64,000 bases of DNA from an uncultured Alphaproteobacteria bacterium (GCA_944393665.1 CALYAX010000001.1:6018-70017); one strand, 5' to 3'; shown: positions 22,048 through 31,988, numbered from the stretch's first letter. The notes: generated by a model not told the origin, from the sequence alone. Translations and numbers: made by a program.

Positions 22048-22541
22048 TGGAGAAAAATTACCGTTTAAATGCCTGCGCCGTGGTTTTTAACCGCCTGGGA
22101 AAAGTTTTGTTATGCCAACGGCGTTACGGTACCGGACAATTCAGCTGGCAGTTTCCGCAAGGAGGAATAGAGCCCGGAGAATCGCCGTCTGAGGCCGCGC
22201 GGCGTGAACTTGCCGAAGAAACGTCGGTGGTTTCAGTCATTGAGGTTGCAACGCTGACGGAACCATTTTGTTATGATTTTCCGGAAGAAGTTATTCAAAA
22301 ATTTATTCAGCAGCGCGGTCATAGTTTTGACGGGCAGAAACAGTTCTGGAGCCTGTTTTATTTTACCGGGGAAGATACGGAAATTAACCTTAATACGGCC
22401 GAACCGGAATTTGTCGCCTGGGAATGGGCGGAAATAGAAACGGCAGCGGACAAAGTCTGGCCGGTCAAGCGGCAGATTTACGCTGAAGCGACGGCCCTGC
22501 TGGCACCAAAAATTGTTTCTTACCTGAAAGATCCTGATTAA
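22047..22541 (+). CDS. rppH: NUDIX hydrolase, RNA pyrophosphohydrolase (RppH-like)
   Basis: Nudix box GGIEPGESPSEAARRELAEETSV. Start overlaps the yibQ stop. Confidence 0.7.
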   Translation: MEKNYRLNACAVVFNRLGKVLLCQRRYGTGQFSWQFPQGGIEPGESPSEAARRELAEETSVVSVIEVATLTEPFCYDFPEEVIQKFIQQRGHSFDGQKQFWSLFYFTGEDTEINLNTAEPEFVAWEWAEIETAADKVWPVKRQIYAEATALLAPKIVSYLKDPD

Positions 22542-22608
22542 TTTGGCGGGTTGCAGCCAAAGACTTTTTCTGATATAGTAAAAGCAAAAAATAAAAAAGA
22601 GTCCGCCA

Positions 22609-23175
22609 ATGAATGCCCCAGATAAATTTGCCCGCGAAAAACGCCTCGTCATGGAAGCGGCCCGCAAGGGAATCAGTTCCAATATCCCTTTGAAAGGTAT
22701 TCAAAAGAAATACCTTAAAAATCTTTTATATTTTGCAATGATGAATGCTGCCGGCAATGAAACGGTAACCCAGCGCAATTTTATCAAGCTGGTTAACCGG
22801 CTGTTTAAAAAATTTTTGGTTAAACTGGTGGTTCACAATTCAGATACCGATGATGATGATGCCGAGGAAGGCCTGAATGTGGAACTGAATAATATCCTGG
22901 CCAATGAACAGCGGCTCGACCTGCAGGAGTTGCAAGCTTTGATGACCCCGGAAAAAATCGTAACCTTAATTAAAAATCATACCCAGGGCGTATCACAGCG
23001 GCAAATTTTAAACCGTTTGCTGGCTTTGCGCGATCTTAAAACCAACCACCGCGAAACACCCGAAGAGCAAAAAGAACGAGAAAGAAGAGAAAAAGAATAT
23101 GAGCTCCAGCGGAAGATAGAGCGTGCCATGGTTATGGAAATGGTTAATACCCGCAGCGACCGCTCCCGACATTAA
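22609..23175 (+). CDS. hypothetical protein (188 aa), helical with a charged C-terminus, immediately upstream of flagellin paralog 2
   Basis: ORF only. It has an acidic DTDDDDAEE patch and a KERERREKEYELQRK coiled-coil-like tail. I recognised no family. Confidence 0.45.
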   Translation: MNAPDKFAREKRLVMEAARKGISSNIPLKGIQKKYLKNLLYFAMMNAAGNETVTQRNFIKLVNRLFKKFLVKLVVHNSDTDDDDAEEGLNVELNNILANEQRLDLQELQALMTPEKIVTLIKNHTQGVSQRQILNRLLALRDLKTNHRETPEEQKERERREKEYELQRKIERAMVMEMVNTRSDRSRH

Positions 23176-23184
23176 TTTTGTGGA

Positions 23185-23278
23185 AGATAAGCGGTTAGCA
23201 CTTTATTTAAAAGTTCAAAAAGTTTATTACTTTAATCAGTAGAGAAAATTTATTTGCTAACCGGGCGGGGACAAAATT
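23185..23278 (+). promoter_or_regulatory. conserved 5' leader/promoter region of flagellin paralog 2 (near-identical to 11594-11690 on the opposite strand)
   Basis: Sequence shared with the upstream region of paralog 1, including ggcggggacaaaattTTG. Confidence 0.5.
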
Positions 23279-25138
23279 TTGAGCGGAATCAGCCTGACAT
23301 CATCCATGCGGAATAATCTGCTGTCATTGCAGCAGACGGCCAAGCTGCAGGACCTGACCCAGAACCGCCTCGCCACCGGGCTGAAAGTCAATTCCGCAAT
23401 TGATAATCCGTCTTCCTATTACACTGCCCAGTCTTTGAACAACCGTGCCGAAGATTTAAATGTTCTGCTGGACGCCATGAGCCAGGGGATACAAACCCTG
23501 AAAGCGACAATCCAAACTATTGAAGCGGCAACCGGTTATCTGGAACAAGCCAGTTCATTTACCCGCCAAACAATGGACGGACAATCAACCGTTACCGCAT
23601 CAAAGGAATGGTTTGAACGCCAGGCCGGCGTTGGAGCGGTGGTTTCCACCAAAGAAGAGCTTTTAGCCGCCCTTGATTCGGCCAGCGGAAAAATTGTTGT
23701 ATATGGCTCAATTGATATGGGTGATACGGCGATCACTCTTAATGACGGACAAAGTCTGGTCGGTGTCGGCAGTTTTGCGGCTATCAGCGACCGTGCCAAA
23801 GATTCCCAACTGGATAAATTTTCCAGCCTTAACTGGAACGTCAATATTTCCCAGCCTACTGTTGTCATGGGAAATGACACTTCCATCAGCGATCTCTCCC
23901 TGAAAATATCAACAACCATCGGCGGGTATAACACTTTTGTCGGAGCCTGGAACAAACAGGGCCTGGAATTTAAAAATATTGATCTGGTTGTTGACGGTGG
24001 TCCCTCCAGTCAAAATTTTTATGGCATTAATATTGTTAATTCAACTGCCGAATTTAAGGGTATTAACAACATAAGGGCAACGGGAGCCTCTAATAATGTA
24101 GCCGCATTCTCGAACTCAGCTTCCGTCATCAATATCGGCGGCAATACAATTCTGAATGTTGAAAACGAAAAAGGTATCGGCATTCGGGGAAACGGCAATA
24201 TATTTAATTTTTATGACAACGCTCAAATTAATGTCCGGGCTCGTTTGGGGGTTGTGCAATCAGATGTTTTGAATTTGAAAGATAGCGCTTCTCTGAATAT
24301 CGAATCGAACGATGTCGGTTTTCTGTACGGACATTTAAATATTTTATCGGCCAATGCCCAATTAAAAATATTTGCGGGAAGAGCATTTTGCAGTAATTCC
24401 AACGATGTCAGCAGTCTGGTCTTTAATGTGGTGGAAGGGGCGGTTATAAAAACCCAGGAAGGAGTCTATACAGCGCCGGCTGGCGGCGTAAGTGCCACTG
24501 TTCCGATTATGTATATTTCTGACATCAGCCAATTTGGTTTTATCCGCGACGCTTCGCAAAACTCAGGAGACGACCCGGTTTTTACAGAAATTTTCAACAA
24601 GTTTATGCAAGATGACAGTGAAAGCTTTCAACTGCCTAAGGATGCCAAAACCTGGGACAATAAAAATACGGTTGATCAGTTTAATCTAATTCTCAGCCAG
24701 TATGACCAACTTGTTAATGACGGCTGGTACAAAGGTGTTAATTTGTTGAAAAAACAGGATCTTAAAGTTGTATTTAATGAAGAGCGAACTTCAGATCTTG
24801 ATATTAAGGGCGTCAATGCCACGGTTTCCGGACTGGGCATAAACAAAACAACCATTGACACAGAATTGGCTGTCACTCTTGAAGAAATCGACAGTGCGAT
24901 TAACCAGCTGCGGCTCTATGCCTCGGAGTTTGGCAACTATTACCAGATTGTCACCACCCGGGAAAATTTTACCAACTCTCTGATTAATGTCCTCACCGAG
25001 GGCGCGGACCAGTTAACCCTGGCGGATATGAACCAGGAAAGTGCCAATATGCTGGCTTTGCAAACCCGCCAGCAGCTGGCGGTTAATTCCCTCTCGCTTG
25101 CCTCCCAGGCCAGCCAGTCCGTTTTAAAATTGTTTTAA
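23279..25138 (+). CDS. flagellin-family protein, paralog 2 (619 aa) with a large central beta-helix-like insertion
   Basis: The first ~75 aa and last ~76 aa are identical or near-identical to paralog 1 (flagellin D0/D1 helices). The central ~400 aa is divergent but shares motifs (ST[KE]EELLAA[IL]DS, DGQSLVG, SDL[NS][IL]). TTG start. Confidence 0.8.
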   Translation: MSGISLTSSMRNNLLSLQQTAKLQDLTQNRLATGLKVNSAIDNPSSYYTAQSLNNRAEDLNVLLDAMSQGIQTLKATIQTIEAATGYLEQASSFTRQTMDGQSTVTASKEWFERQAGVGAVVSTKEELLAALDSASGKIVVYGSIDMGDTAITLNDGQSLVGVGSFAAISDRAKDSQLDKFSSLNWNVNISQPTVVMGNDTSISDLSLKISTTIGGYNTFVGAWNKQGLEFKNIDLVVDGGPSSQNFYGINIVNSTAEFKGINNIRATGASNNVAAFSNSASVINIGGNTILNVENEKGIGIRGNGNIFNFYDNAQINVRARLGVVQSDVLNLKDSASLNIESNDVGFLYGHLNILSANAQLKIFAGRAFCSNSNDVSSLVFNVVEGAVIKTQEGVYTAPAGGVSATVPIMYISDISQFGFIRDASQNSGDDPVFTEIFNKFMQDDSESFQLPKDAKTWDNKNTVDQFNLILSQYDQLVNDGWYKGVNLLKKQDLKVVFNEERTSDLDIKGVNATVSGLGINKTTIDTELAVTLEEIDSAINQLRLYASEFGNYYQIVTTRENFTNSLINVLTEGADQLTLADMNQESANMLALQTRQQLAVNSLSLASQASQSVLKLF

Positions 25139-25234
25139 GCCTGCCAGTTCTCAAGGTTTTTTAGACAAAAAGTCTTGACTCTGTCATCTTTGAACTTTAC
25201 ACTGATGCCGAAAAATCAATTAAAAACAAATTAT

Positions 25235-25723
25235 ATGACAACAAAGTTAGATAAGTACACCAATGATTACCGGTTGGCGGAACTTAAAAAAGAGAAACAT
25301 CTCCTTTTCGGTAATGACGGATTTTTTTATGAAACCCGTGAAGTAAACGGTGTCAAGGAAGCCAGAAAACGGCAGCCGGCCGCTCAGATGAAGAAATTCC
25401 GCCGCTATCAATTCGGTGCTTTTCACATTATTATTGAATGCCGCCGGGACAAACACCGGATTATTTTAGTCGTTAAAGATGTTCCTGAGACTGAATCGGT
25501 ATTCTATTTTTGTATGAATGACTACCGGTTTATCAGAATTATTAAGTATCAGACAATTCACAAAGAAGAGTTTGAAACTTATGTCCGCGGGACCGGGGAA
25601 CAAAATTACAGTTTCAAACGGAACGAAATGTTTTACACCGCCGCCGGCAACCAGTATCTCTGCCCGGAGCAGGAATATTCCTGGGAACCTCTAAGAGAGG
25701 CATTAGAAGCGGTTGAAGCGTAA
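25235..25723 (+). CDS. hypothetical protein (AT-rich orphan ORF downstream of flagellin paralog 2)
   Basis: The ORF track extends to 25175 (TTG), but that overlaps a sigma70-like promoter (TTGACT, 17-nt spacer, TACACT, at 25175-25203). ATG codons at 25205 and 25235 are alternative starts. I recognised no family. Confidence 0.4.
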   Translation: MTTKLDKYTNDYRLAELKKEKHLLFGNDGFFYETREVNGVKEARKRQPAAQMKKFRRYQFGAFHIIIECRRDKHRIILVVKDVPETESVFYFCMNDYRFIRIIKYQTIHKEEFETYVRGTGEQNYSFKRNEMFYTAAGNQYLCPEQEYSWEPLREALEAVEA

Positions 25724-25755
25724 AAAAAGAGCACTATTAAAATAGTGCTCTTTTT
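25722..25755. terminator. bidirectional intrinsic terminator shared by the 25.2-kb orphan ORF and tsf
   Basis: A7, then the hairpin gagcactat-taaa-atagtgctc, then T5. Confidence 0.7.
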
Positions 25756-25773
25756 CAGATTCAAGGCAGTAAA

Positions 25774-26700
25774 TTATTTGCCAAGCTGAGAGGCAACTTC
25801 GGCAGCAAAATCTTCTTCTTTTTTCTGCAGGCCTTCGCCAAGCTTATAGCGGACAAAGCCGCTCAGTTTAATCTCGGCACCCAGCTCTTTGGCGGCTTCG
25901 GCGATAACATCCTTAACCTTTTTGTCAGGATCCATAATATAAGCCTGTTCTTCAAGCACGACTTCCTCATAATATTTACGAACGCGGCCTTCAACCATTT
26001 TTTCAATGATATTTTCAGGCTTGCCAGAGGCTTTGGCCTGTTCGGCAAAGATGGATTTTTCGTGCTCAACGGCAGCAGGATCAACAGTTGTAACATTGAG
26101 GAACAACGGAGCCGAAGCGGCAACGTGCATAGCAATATGTTTGCCCAGCTCTTCCAATTTGGCTTTGTCGGCCTTGGACTCGAGAGCTACCAGAACGCCA
26201 ATTTTACCAATGTTGGTGCCAGCGGCATTATGGATATAAGAAGCGATAACACCCTCATTAACTTCAAGCATTTCGGCACGGCGCAGACTCATGTTCTCAC
26301 CAATTTTGGCAATCATATCCGTCAGGCGCTCTTCAAAAGTTTTGCCGCATTTGGGGCAGTTGAAAGTTTTCATATCGCAAACCTGGCCGGCGCTTTTCAA
26401 AGCAACAATGGCGGCATCGGCAACATATTCCTGAAAGATTTCATTTTTGGCAACAAAGTCGGTTTCGGAGTTAACCTCAACAACAGCACCGCGATTGCCT
26501 TCAACATAAACCGAAACCAAACCCTCGGCAGCAATACGGCTGGCTTTTTTAGCAGCAGAAGCCAGACCTTTTTTACGCAGCCAGTCAACAGCCTCGTCCA
26601 TATTGCCGTTGCATTCTACCAAAGCTTTTTTGCAATCAAGCATGCCGGCGCTGGTGGACTCGCGCAGCTCTTTTACCATAGCGGCAGTAATCTCTGTCAT
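25774..26700 (-). CDS. tsf: translation elongation factor Ts
   Basis: N-terminal UBA-like motif (ITAAMVKELRESTSAGMLDCKKAL). 308 aa. rpsB-tsf operon. Confidence 0.95.
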   Translation of the reverse strand: MTEITAAMVKELRESTSAGMLDCKKALVECNGNMDEAVDWLRKKGLASAAKKASRIAAEGLVSVYVEGNRGAVVEVNSETDFVAKNEIFQEYVADAAIVALKSAGQVCDMKTFNCPKCGKTFEERLTDMIAKIGENMSLRRAEMLEVNEGVIASYIHNAAGTNIGKIGVLVALESKADKAKLEELGKHIAMHVAASAPLFLNVTTVDPAAVEHEKSIFAEQAKASGKPENIIEKMVEGRVRKYYEEVVLEEQAYIMDPDKKVKDVIAEAAKELGAEIKLSGFVRYKLGEGLQKKEEDFAAEVASQLGK

Positions 26701-26832
26701 TTTTAATTCCTTTTTTGAAAATTAAAATGCGGCGGCAGAACCAGATATCCGGGTACTGACGCCGCAAGTTTGATATTGGATTATCCCTTTCTTTCCCTGC
26801 CAGGCGGCAAAGAAAACGGGAAAGACTGAAAA

Positions 26833-27633
26833 CTATTCGGCAGCAGCCTCAGAAGCAGCTTTCTTGGAAGCTTTCTTTTTGGCAGGTTTTGCAGCTTCTT
26901 CGTTTTCAACCATTTCATCAACCTTTACGCCCTGAGCGGCGATCTGAGCCGAAATACCATCGAGAACGGCAGCCGAAACCATTTCGCAGTAAAACTGAAT
27001 GGCACGGATAGCGTCATCATTGCCGGGAACCGGCAGGTCAACGGCATCGGGATCGGCATTGGTATCAACGATACCGATGACCGGGATACCGAGTTTTTTG
27101 GCTTCTTTAATCGCCAGAGACTCTTTGCAGGTATCAATGACAAAAACCAAATCAGGCTGTCCGCCCATGGTCATGATACCGCTCAGGCTCTCAGCCAATT
27201 TTTCCTGCTCTTTTTTCAGGTTGAGCAATTCTTTTTTGGTATAGCCTTCGGTTTCGTTTTTCTCAAACATCTCGTTCAGTTTGACCAGACGGGAGATTGA
27301 TTTGTAAACGGTTTTCCAGTTGGTGAGCATACCGCCGAGCCAACGGTGGTTGACATAAAACTGGCCGCAGCGCTCAGCATTTTCTTTAATGATTTCCTGA
27401 GCCTGTTTTTTGGTACCGACAAACAGAACTTTACCGCCGTTGGCAGCAATCTCGCGGGCGGTTGCCAGCGCCGTATACAGCATCGGGTAGGTTTTCTGCA
27501 AATCGATAATATGAATATTGTCTTTTTTGCCATAAATGAAGGGAGCCATTTTGGGGTTCCAGCGACGGGCGTGGTGACCAAAGTGAACGCCGGCTTCAAC
27601 CATCTGGCGCAAAGTAAAAGTAGGAAGTGACAT
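26833..27633 (-). CDS. rpsB: 30S ribosomal protein S2
   Basis: The N-terminus ([19 protein letters not shown]) is a typical S2. Acidic/Lys-rich C-terminal tail. Confidence 0.95.
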   Translation of the reverse strand: MSLPTFTLRQMVEAGVHFGHHARRWNPKMAPFIYGKKDNIHIIDLQKTYPMLYTALATAREIAANGGKVLFVGTKKQAQEIIKENAERCGQFYVNHRWLGGMLTNWKTVYKSISRLVKLNEMFEKNETEGYTKKELLNLKKEQEKLAESLSGIMTMGGQPDLVFVIDTCKESLAIKEAKKLGIPVIGIVDTNADPDAVDLPVPGNDDAIRAIQFYCEMVSAAVLDGISAQIAAQGVKVDEMVENEEAAKPAKKKASKKAASEAAAE

Positions 27634-27924
27634 TATAAAATCCTTTTTCCGGTTAATCCTCCGCAGGCTCTTGGCTGGACAACAGCACCGGAGTGAGGCT
27701 TAAAGCAGCCCCAAAACCTGCGTGTGAGTTTTGAGCACGGCACCATGCCGGGCTTTCGGGACTCTTTGTAACCATAAATGAATGAATTTGCAAGTGTTTT
27801 TTTGAAAAAGAATGATAAAAACCGGCGGCTGCGGCGTCTTTTTTGTTGAAGTTTGCTGTTTTGGACTTGCCGAATCCGCTCAAATGCTTTATTTTAACGG
27901 CAAAATAAGAATTTAGGGGTAAAA

Positions 27925-29916
27925 ATGACCGATTTGTTTGAAACCAGCAGCACCTCAGCTGCTGCCGATTATAGCGCCAACAGCATTGAAGTTTTAGAAG
28001 GTCTGGAACCTGTACGGCACCGGCCGGGCATGTATATCGGCGGCACCGATGAAACCGCCCTGCACCATTTGGTAGCCGAAATTCTTGACAACTCCATGGA
28101 CGAGGCGGTGGCCGGTTATGCGAATAAAATTGAAGTTTCAATGAATGCCGACTATTCGGTCACCATCACTGACAATGGCCGCGGCATTCCGGTTGACCCG
28201 CACCCTAAATATCCGGGGAAATCCGCGCTTGAAGTGATTATGACCATGCTGCATTCCGGCGGAAAATTTGGCGGCAGTGCCTATAAAGTTTCCGGCGGTT
28301 TACATGGTGTCGGCCTTTCGGTGGTCAATGCCTTGTCAGAGAAATTGACGATTGAAATTGCCCGCGATAAAAAGTTATGGCGGCAGGAATACAGCCGCGG
28401 CTATCCGATGGGCCCGCTGGAGCTGGTCGGAAATGCCCCCAACCGCCGCGGAACATCAATAACTTTCAAACCGGATCCGGAAATTTTCGGCGTTAATTCC
28501 AATCTCTGTCCCAACCGGATTTACCGCATGGCCCGTTCCAAAGCCTTTTTATTTAAGGGAATCCACATCAATTGGAGCTGCGCACCGGAAATTTTGTGCG
28601 AGGGTGACCAGACCCCGCAACAGGCAGAACTGAATTTTCCCAATGGTATTTTGGACTTCCTGAACTATCAGGTCGGTGCCAAGGCAACAATCAACCGGCG
28701 CCCGTTTGCCGGCGAAGCCGAGCTGGCTAATGATGAAGGCAAAGTGGAGTGGGCAATTACCTGGCCGGAAGATGAAAACGGTTTTTGCCATTCTTACTGC
28801 AATACCGTGGTAACGCCGCAGGGCGGAACCCACGAACTGGGCTTTAAATCCGCCCTGTTGCGCAGCCTGAAAGAATACGGCGAAATGGCTAATGTCAAAA
28901 AAGCCGCCGCGATTACCAGCGAAGATTTTCTCAGCGATGCCAGCCTGATGCTGTCTGTGTTTATCCGTGACCCGCAGTTTCAGGGACAAACCAAAGACAA
29001 ACTGACCTCCAATAAAGCCGTCCGACTGGTCGAATCGGCAGTCAAAGACAATTTTGACCACTGGCTGACCTCTGACGTGGAAAATGCCACGGCACTGCTG
29101 GAATATGTGATTGACCGTGCCGAGGCCCGCAAAAAGAAAAAAGAAGAAAAAGTTGCCAGCCGCAAGAGTGCAACAAAAAAACTGCGCCTGCCCGGGAAAC
29201 TGGCTGACTGTTCGCAAGCGGCAGCGCATGATACAGAGATTTTTATTGTTGAGGGAGATTCTGCGGGCGGATCGGCCAAGCAGGGCCGCGACCGCATTAC
29301 CCAGGCGATTTTGCCGCTGCGCGGTAAAATTCTTAACGTTGCCAGCGCCAGCCTCGATAAGATTACCCAGAACCAGGAAATCAAGGATATGATTGAAGCC
29401 TTGGGCTGCGGTATTAAAGACAATTATAACGAAGAAAACCTGCGTTATGAAAAAATCATTATCATGACCGATGCGGACGTTGACGGCGCCCATATCGCCT
29501 CTTTGCTGATGACATTTTTTTACCAGCAGATGCCAAAGCTGATTGAAAACGGCCATTTGTACATTGCCACCCCTCCTCTCTATAAGATTGCCGTCGGCGG
29601 CAAAAACTTTTATGCCCTTGATGACGAAGACAAGGACAAAATACTTGCCCGGGTGGTTAAAGGCAATCAAAAACCTGACATCAGCCGTTTCAAAGGTCTG
29701 GGAGAAATGAGCGCCCAGCAGTTGAAGGAAACGACCATGGACAAGAAAAACCGCGTTCTGATCCGGGTAATGATTCCTTCGACCAATACGGAAGAAGGCA
29801 AAGAAGAAGCCTTTGAAACCCGGCGCCAGGTTGAACGCCTGATGGGCAAAAACCCGGAGACCCGTTTCAAATTTATTATCGAGCGCGCCAAATTTGTTGA
29901 CGATCTTGATATCTAG
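27925..29916 (+). CDS. parE: DNA topoisomerase IV subunit B
   Basis: GHKL motifs and a Toprim domain as in gyrB, but 663 aa and lacking the gyrB insertion. C-terminal DDLDI. Confidence 0.9.
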   Translation: MTDLFETSSTSAAADYSANSIEVLEGLEPVRHRPGMYIGGTDETALHHLVAEILDNSMDEAVAGYANKIEVSMNADYSVTITDNGRGIPVDPHPKYPGKSALEVIMTMLHSGGKFGGSAYKVSGGLHGVGLSVVNALSEKLTIEIARDKKLWRQEYSRGYPMGPLELVGNAPNRRGTSITFKPDPEIFGVNSNLCPNRIYRMARSKAFLFKGIHINWSCAPEILCEGDQTPQQAELNFPNGILDFLNYQVGAKATINRRPFAGEAELANDEGKVEWAITWPEDENGFCHSYCNTVVTPQGGTHELGFKSALLRSLKEYGEMANVKKAAAITSEDFLSDASLMLSVFIRDPQFQGQTKDKLTSNKAVRLVESAVKDNFDHWLTSDVENATALLEYVIDRAEARKKKKEEKVASRKSATKKLRLPGKLADCSQAAAHDTEIFIVEGDSAGGSAKQGRDRITQAILPLRGKILNVASASLDKITQNQEIKDMIEALGCGIKDNYNEENLRYEKIIIMTDADVDGAHIASLLMTFFYQQMPKLIENGHLYIATPPLYKIAVGGKNFYALDDEDKDKILARVVKGNQKPDISRFKGLGEMSAQQLKETTMDKKNRVLIRVMIPSTNTEEGKEEAFETRRQVERLMGKNPETRFKFIIERAKFVDDLDI

Positions 29917-29930
29917 GCCATTCATATAAT

Positions 29931-30401
29931 ATGATTCGACATGCGACAGAAAAAGATTATCCGACTCTGACCAAATTATGGCTGACAAGCAGTTTTTCAG
30001 CGCATGATTTTATTTCGGAAAACTATTGGCAGCAAATGGCAAAAAGTGTTGAAAATTATTACCTTCCTAACAGCGAAACCTATGTTTTTGAAGACCGCCG
30101 CCAATTGAAAGGCTTTATCAGCCTGACAGAAAACAACCATATCGGCGCTCTTTTTGTCGCACCTCCGTTTCAAAAGCAGCGAATCGGTACTAAACTGCTT
30201 CGTTATATCCGGCGGCGGCGGCCGCATTTGAGCTTGAAAGTTTATATCAAAAATGAGGCGGCATTGCGTTTTTATCAGTCGGCAGGTTTTAAAATTTTAG
30301 GCGAACAAACCGATCCGACAACCGGGGAAACAGAATTAATGATGAGCTGGGCTGTCGGCTGCATTAGCGGTTTTCAAAAACGCTGCCAGGGGGATTCCTG
30401 A
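29931..30401 (+). CDS. GNAT-family N-acetyltransferase
   Basis: 156 aa. Acetyl-CoA-binding region (IGALFVAPPFQKQRIGTKLL) typical of the GNAT fold. Confidence 0.6.
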   Translation: MIRHATEKDYPTLTKLWLTSSFSAHDFISENYWQQMAKSVENYYLPNSETYVFEDRRQLKGFISLTENNHIGALFVAPPFQKQRIGTKLLRYIRRRRPHLSLKVYIKNEAALRFYQSAGFKILGEQTDPTTGETELMMSWAVGCISGFQKRCQGDS

Positions 30402-30404
30402 GGT

Positions 30405-31037
30405 TTATTTATATTTGAGCAGATAGAATTCTCCATTGAGCCACTGTGCATAAAAAACATCTTCGATTTTGGCAACATGATGTTTTTTAAGTTCTTCCCG
30501 CAGCCATTTTTGGGTTTTTTTGATATGTTTCAGGTTTTCACGGTTAATCCGGCCGCTTTCAATCAGCATGACGGCATAATTTTCTTCGCCTTTGCGAACT
30601 ACCGTCAGCTCGCCGCCGACTTCAATCTGCGCCAATTTTACGTCATCAAGGGAATGGACTTCTTTTGTTCTAAGCAAAGACATAAAGTCGGTCATGTTCA
30701 TATTCATTTTACGAAGGCTTTTCGGATTAAGGCGGCCCTCATTGATGATAACTGTCGGTGTTCCGATAATTATGCCCCTGCCCCAGGATGTGTGTCCGGC
30801 CAGATAATTAATAATCCAGCTCAGGATAAAATAGACGCTCAGGACATAAATAAAACCGGTCCAGGTTGCTTCCGGATTAAACAAATAACCGCCGAGAATA
30901 GCGCTTAAAATAAAATTGCTGATAAGGTCAAAGGTGGTCATTTGGGAAAACTGACGTTTGCTGCCCGAAAACTGGAAAAAAACCAAAACCAGTGCAAACG
31001 CAAAAAACAGCCGAAACGATACCAGCCAATAATCCAT
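30405..31037 (-). CDS. DUF421 (YetF-like) membrane protein
   Basis: Three N-terminal TM helices followed by a soluble C-terminal domain, and a length of about 210 aa. AT-rich composition. Confidence 0.5.
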   Translation of the reverse strand: MDYWLVSFRLFFAFALVLVFFQFSGSKRQFSQMTTFDLISNFILSAILGGYLFNPEATWTGFIYVLSVYFILSWIINYLAGHTSWGRGIIIGTPTVIINEGRLNPKSLRKMNMNMTDFMSLLRTKEVHSLDDVKLAQIEVGGELTVVRKGEENYAVMLIESGRINRENLKHIKKTQKWLREELKKHHVAKIEDVFYAQWLNGEFYLLKYK

Positions 31038-31175
31038 TATTTTTTTCCTTTCAAACTTTAAGCTGATATAGGAACAAAAACATCAAAAACAAGCCGGAAA
31101 AGATAAGGGTTCGCATAAAAAGACGCAAAAAATTGTTGACTTTCAGCTCCGGGGATTTATAGTGTGCTTGTTTTT

Positions 31176-31251
31176 GGGGCTATAGCTCAGCTGGGAGAGC
31201 GATTGGTTCGCAATCAATAGGTCAGGGGTTCGATCCCCCTTAGCTCCACCA
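31176..31251 (+). tRNA. tRNA-Ala (anticodon CGC)
   Basis: Cloverleaf folded by hand. Acceptor stem GGGGCTA/TAGCTCC with the G3:U70 Ala identity pair, D-arm GCTC-AGCTGGGA-GAGC, anticodon stem ATTGG/TCAAT with loop TTCGCAA, T-arm AGGGG-TTCGATC-CCCCT, discriminator A and an encoded CCA. Confidence 0.85.
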
Positions 31252-31263
31252 ATTCAGATTAAA

Positions 31264-31300
31264 ACCGCTGTCCTTTACCAGAATCGGCGGTTTTTTCTTT
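31264..31300 (+). terminator. intrinsic terminator after tRNA-Ala(CGC)
   Basis: Hairpin accgctg...cggcggt followed by T6. Confidence 0.55.
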
Positions 31301-31321
31301 TAGCTGATATATCCCGCTCGT

Positions 31322-31469
31322 TTTCTCGCGGAGGGGGATAGCCCTTCGGCATCTAATTTCGCGCACTCCCTTTCATCGGCGCTCAATAAGATGTTCCGAA
31401 GAGCTGGCAGACCAAATCAACCGGAGCAACGGTTGATTTGACTTAGCGCTTCCCTTAGCTCCACCAATT
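31322..31469 (+). repeat. conserved ~130-nt element plus 18-nt direct repeat of the tRNA-Ala(CGC) 3' end (copy 1 of 2)
   Basis: The sequence cgcggagggggatagcccttcggcatctaatttcgcgc...atcaaccggagcaacggttgat...gcgcttccc is about 90% identical to 31825-31954. It is followed by cccttagctccaccaatt (31452-31469), which duplicates the tRNA 3' end (31237-31256), and then by a second terminator-like hairpin (31479-31512). Confidence 0.6.
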
Positions 31470-31680
31470 TCATTTCTAAACCGTCATTCTTTATTGGGAT
31501 TGACGGTTTTTCTTTTACCGGGGCGCCTTCCCGCTGCGTTTTTAACTGCCTCAGCGGAGCTATTGCATGCGGCAAATCTTTTGCGGGTGCGCGGGAAGAG
31601 CGCTTAGCCGGGGATTTTAATAATTTATCAAAAAAAACATTGACATTCAGGTTTTGTTTTTCTATATTCGCTTTGACCTT

Positions 31681-31756
<76 letters not shown>

Positions 31757-31768
31757 GTTTCAAAACAA

Positions 31769-31808
31769 GACCGCCGTCCTTTAACTGGACTGGCGGTTTT
31801 GTTTTCTT
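31769..31808 (+). terminator. intrinsic terminator after tRNA-Ala(GGC)
   Basis: Hairpin gaccgccgtcc-tttaact-ggactggcggt followed by a T-rich run. Confidence 0.55.
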
Positions 31809-31824
31809 TTTACCTTTCCGCTCA

Positions 31825-31988
31825 TTTTTCGCGGAGGGGAATAGACCTTCGGCATCTAATTTCGCGCGCTCCCTTTCGTCGACACTCAATAAGATGTTCC
31901 GAAGAGCTGGCAGACCAAATCAACCGGAGCAACGGTTGATTTGACTTAGCGCTTCCCTCAGCTCCACCAGTTTCAAAACAAGACCGCC
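31825..31988 (+). repeat. conserved ~130-nt element plus 34-nt perfect direct repeat of the tRNA-Ala(GGC) 3' end and downstream sequence (copy 2 of 2)
   Basis: 31955-31988 (ccctcagctccaccagtttcaaaacaagaccgcc) is identical to 31738-31771. The element body matches copy 1. Confidence 0.6.

Noticed and set aside
28549-29988. 479-aa ORF antisense to parE (and similar long antisense ORFs inside polA, gyrB, dnaX, mnmG, radA and the flagellin genes)
   Set aside because: Fully embedded antisense to strongly supported housekeeping genes, with low-complexity translation and no motifs. An artefact of codon bias on the opposite strand.
31300-31470. Possibility that the conserved element + ...GCTCCACCA copy is the acceptor piece of a permuted (two-piece) alphaproteobacterial tmRNA
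   Set aside because: No T-arm (GGTTCGAxTCC-like) precedes the CCA-proximal repeat. No tag-peptide reading frame or resume-codon context follows. The repeat is better explained as a duplicate of the adjacent tRNA 3' end and terminator.
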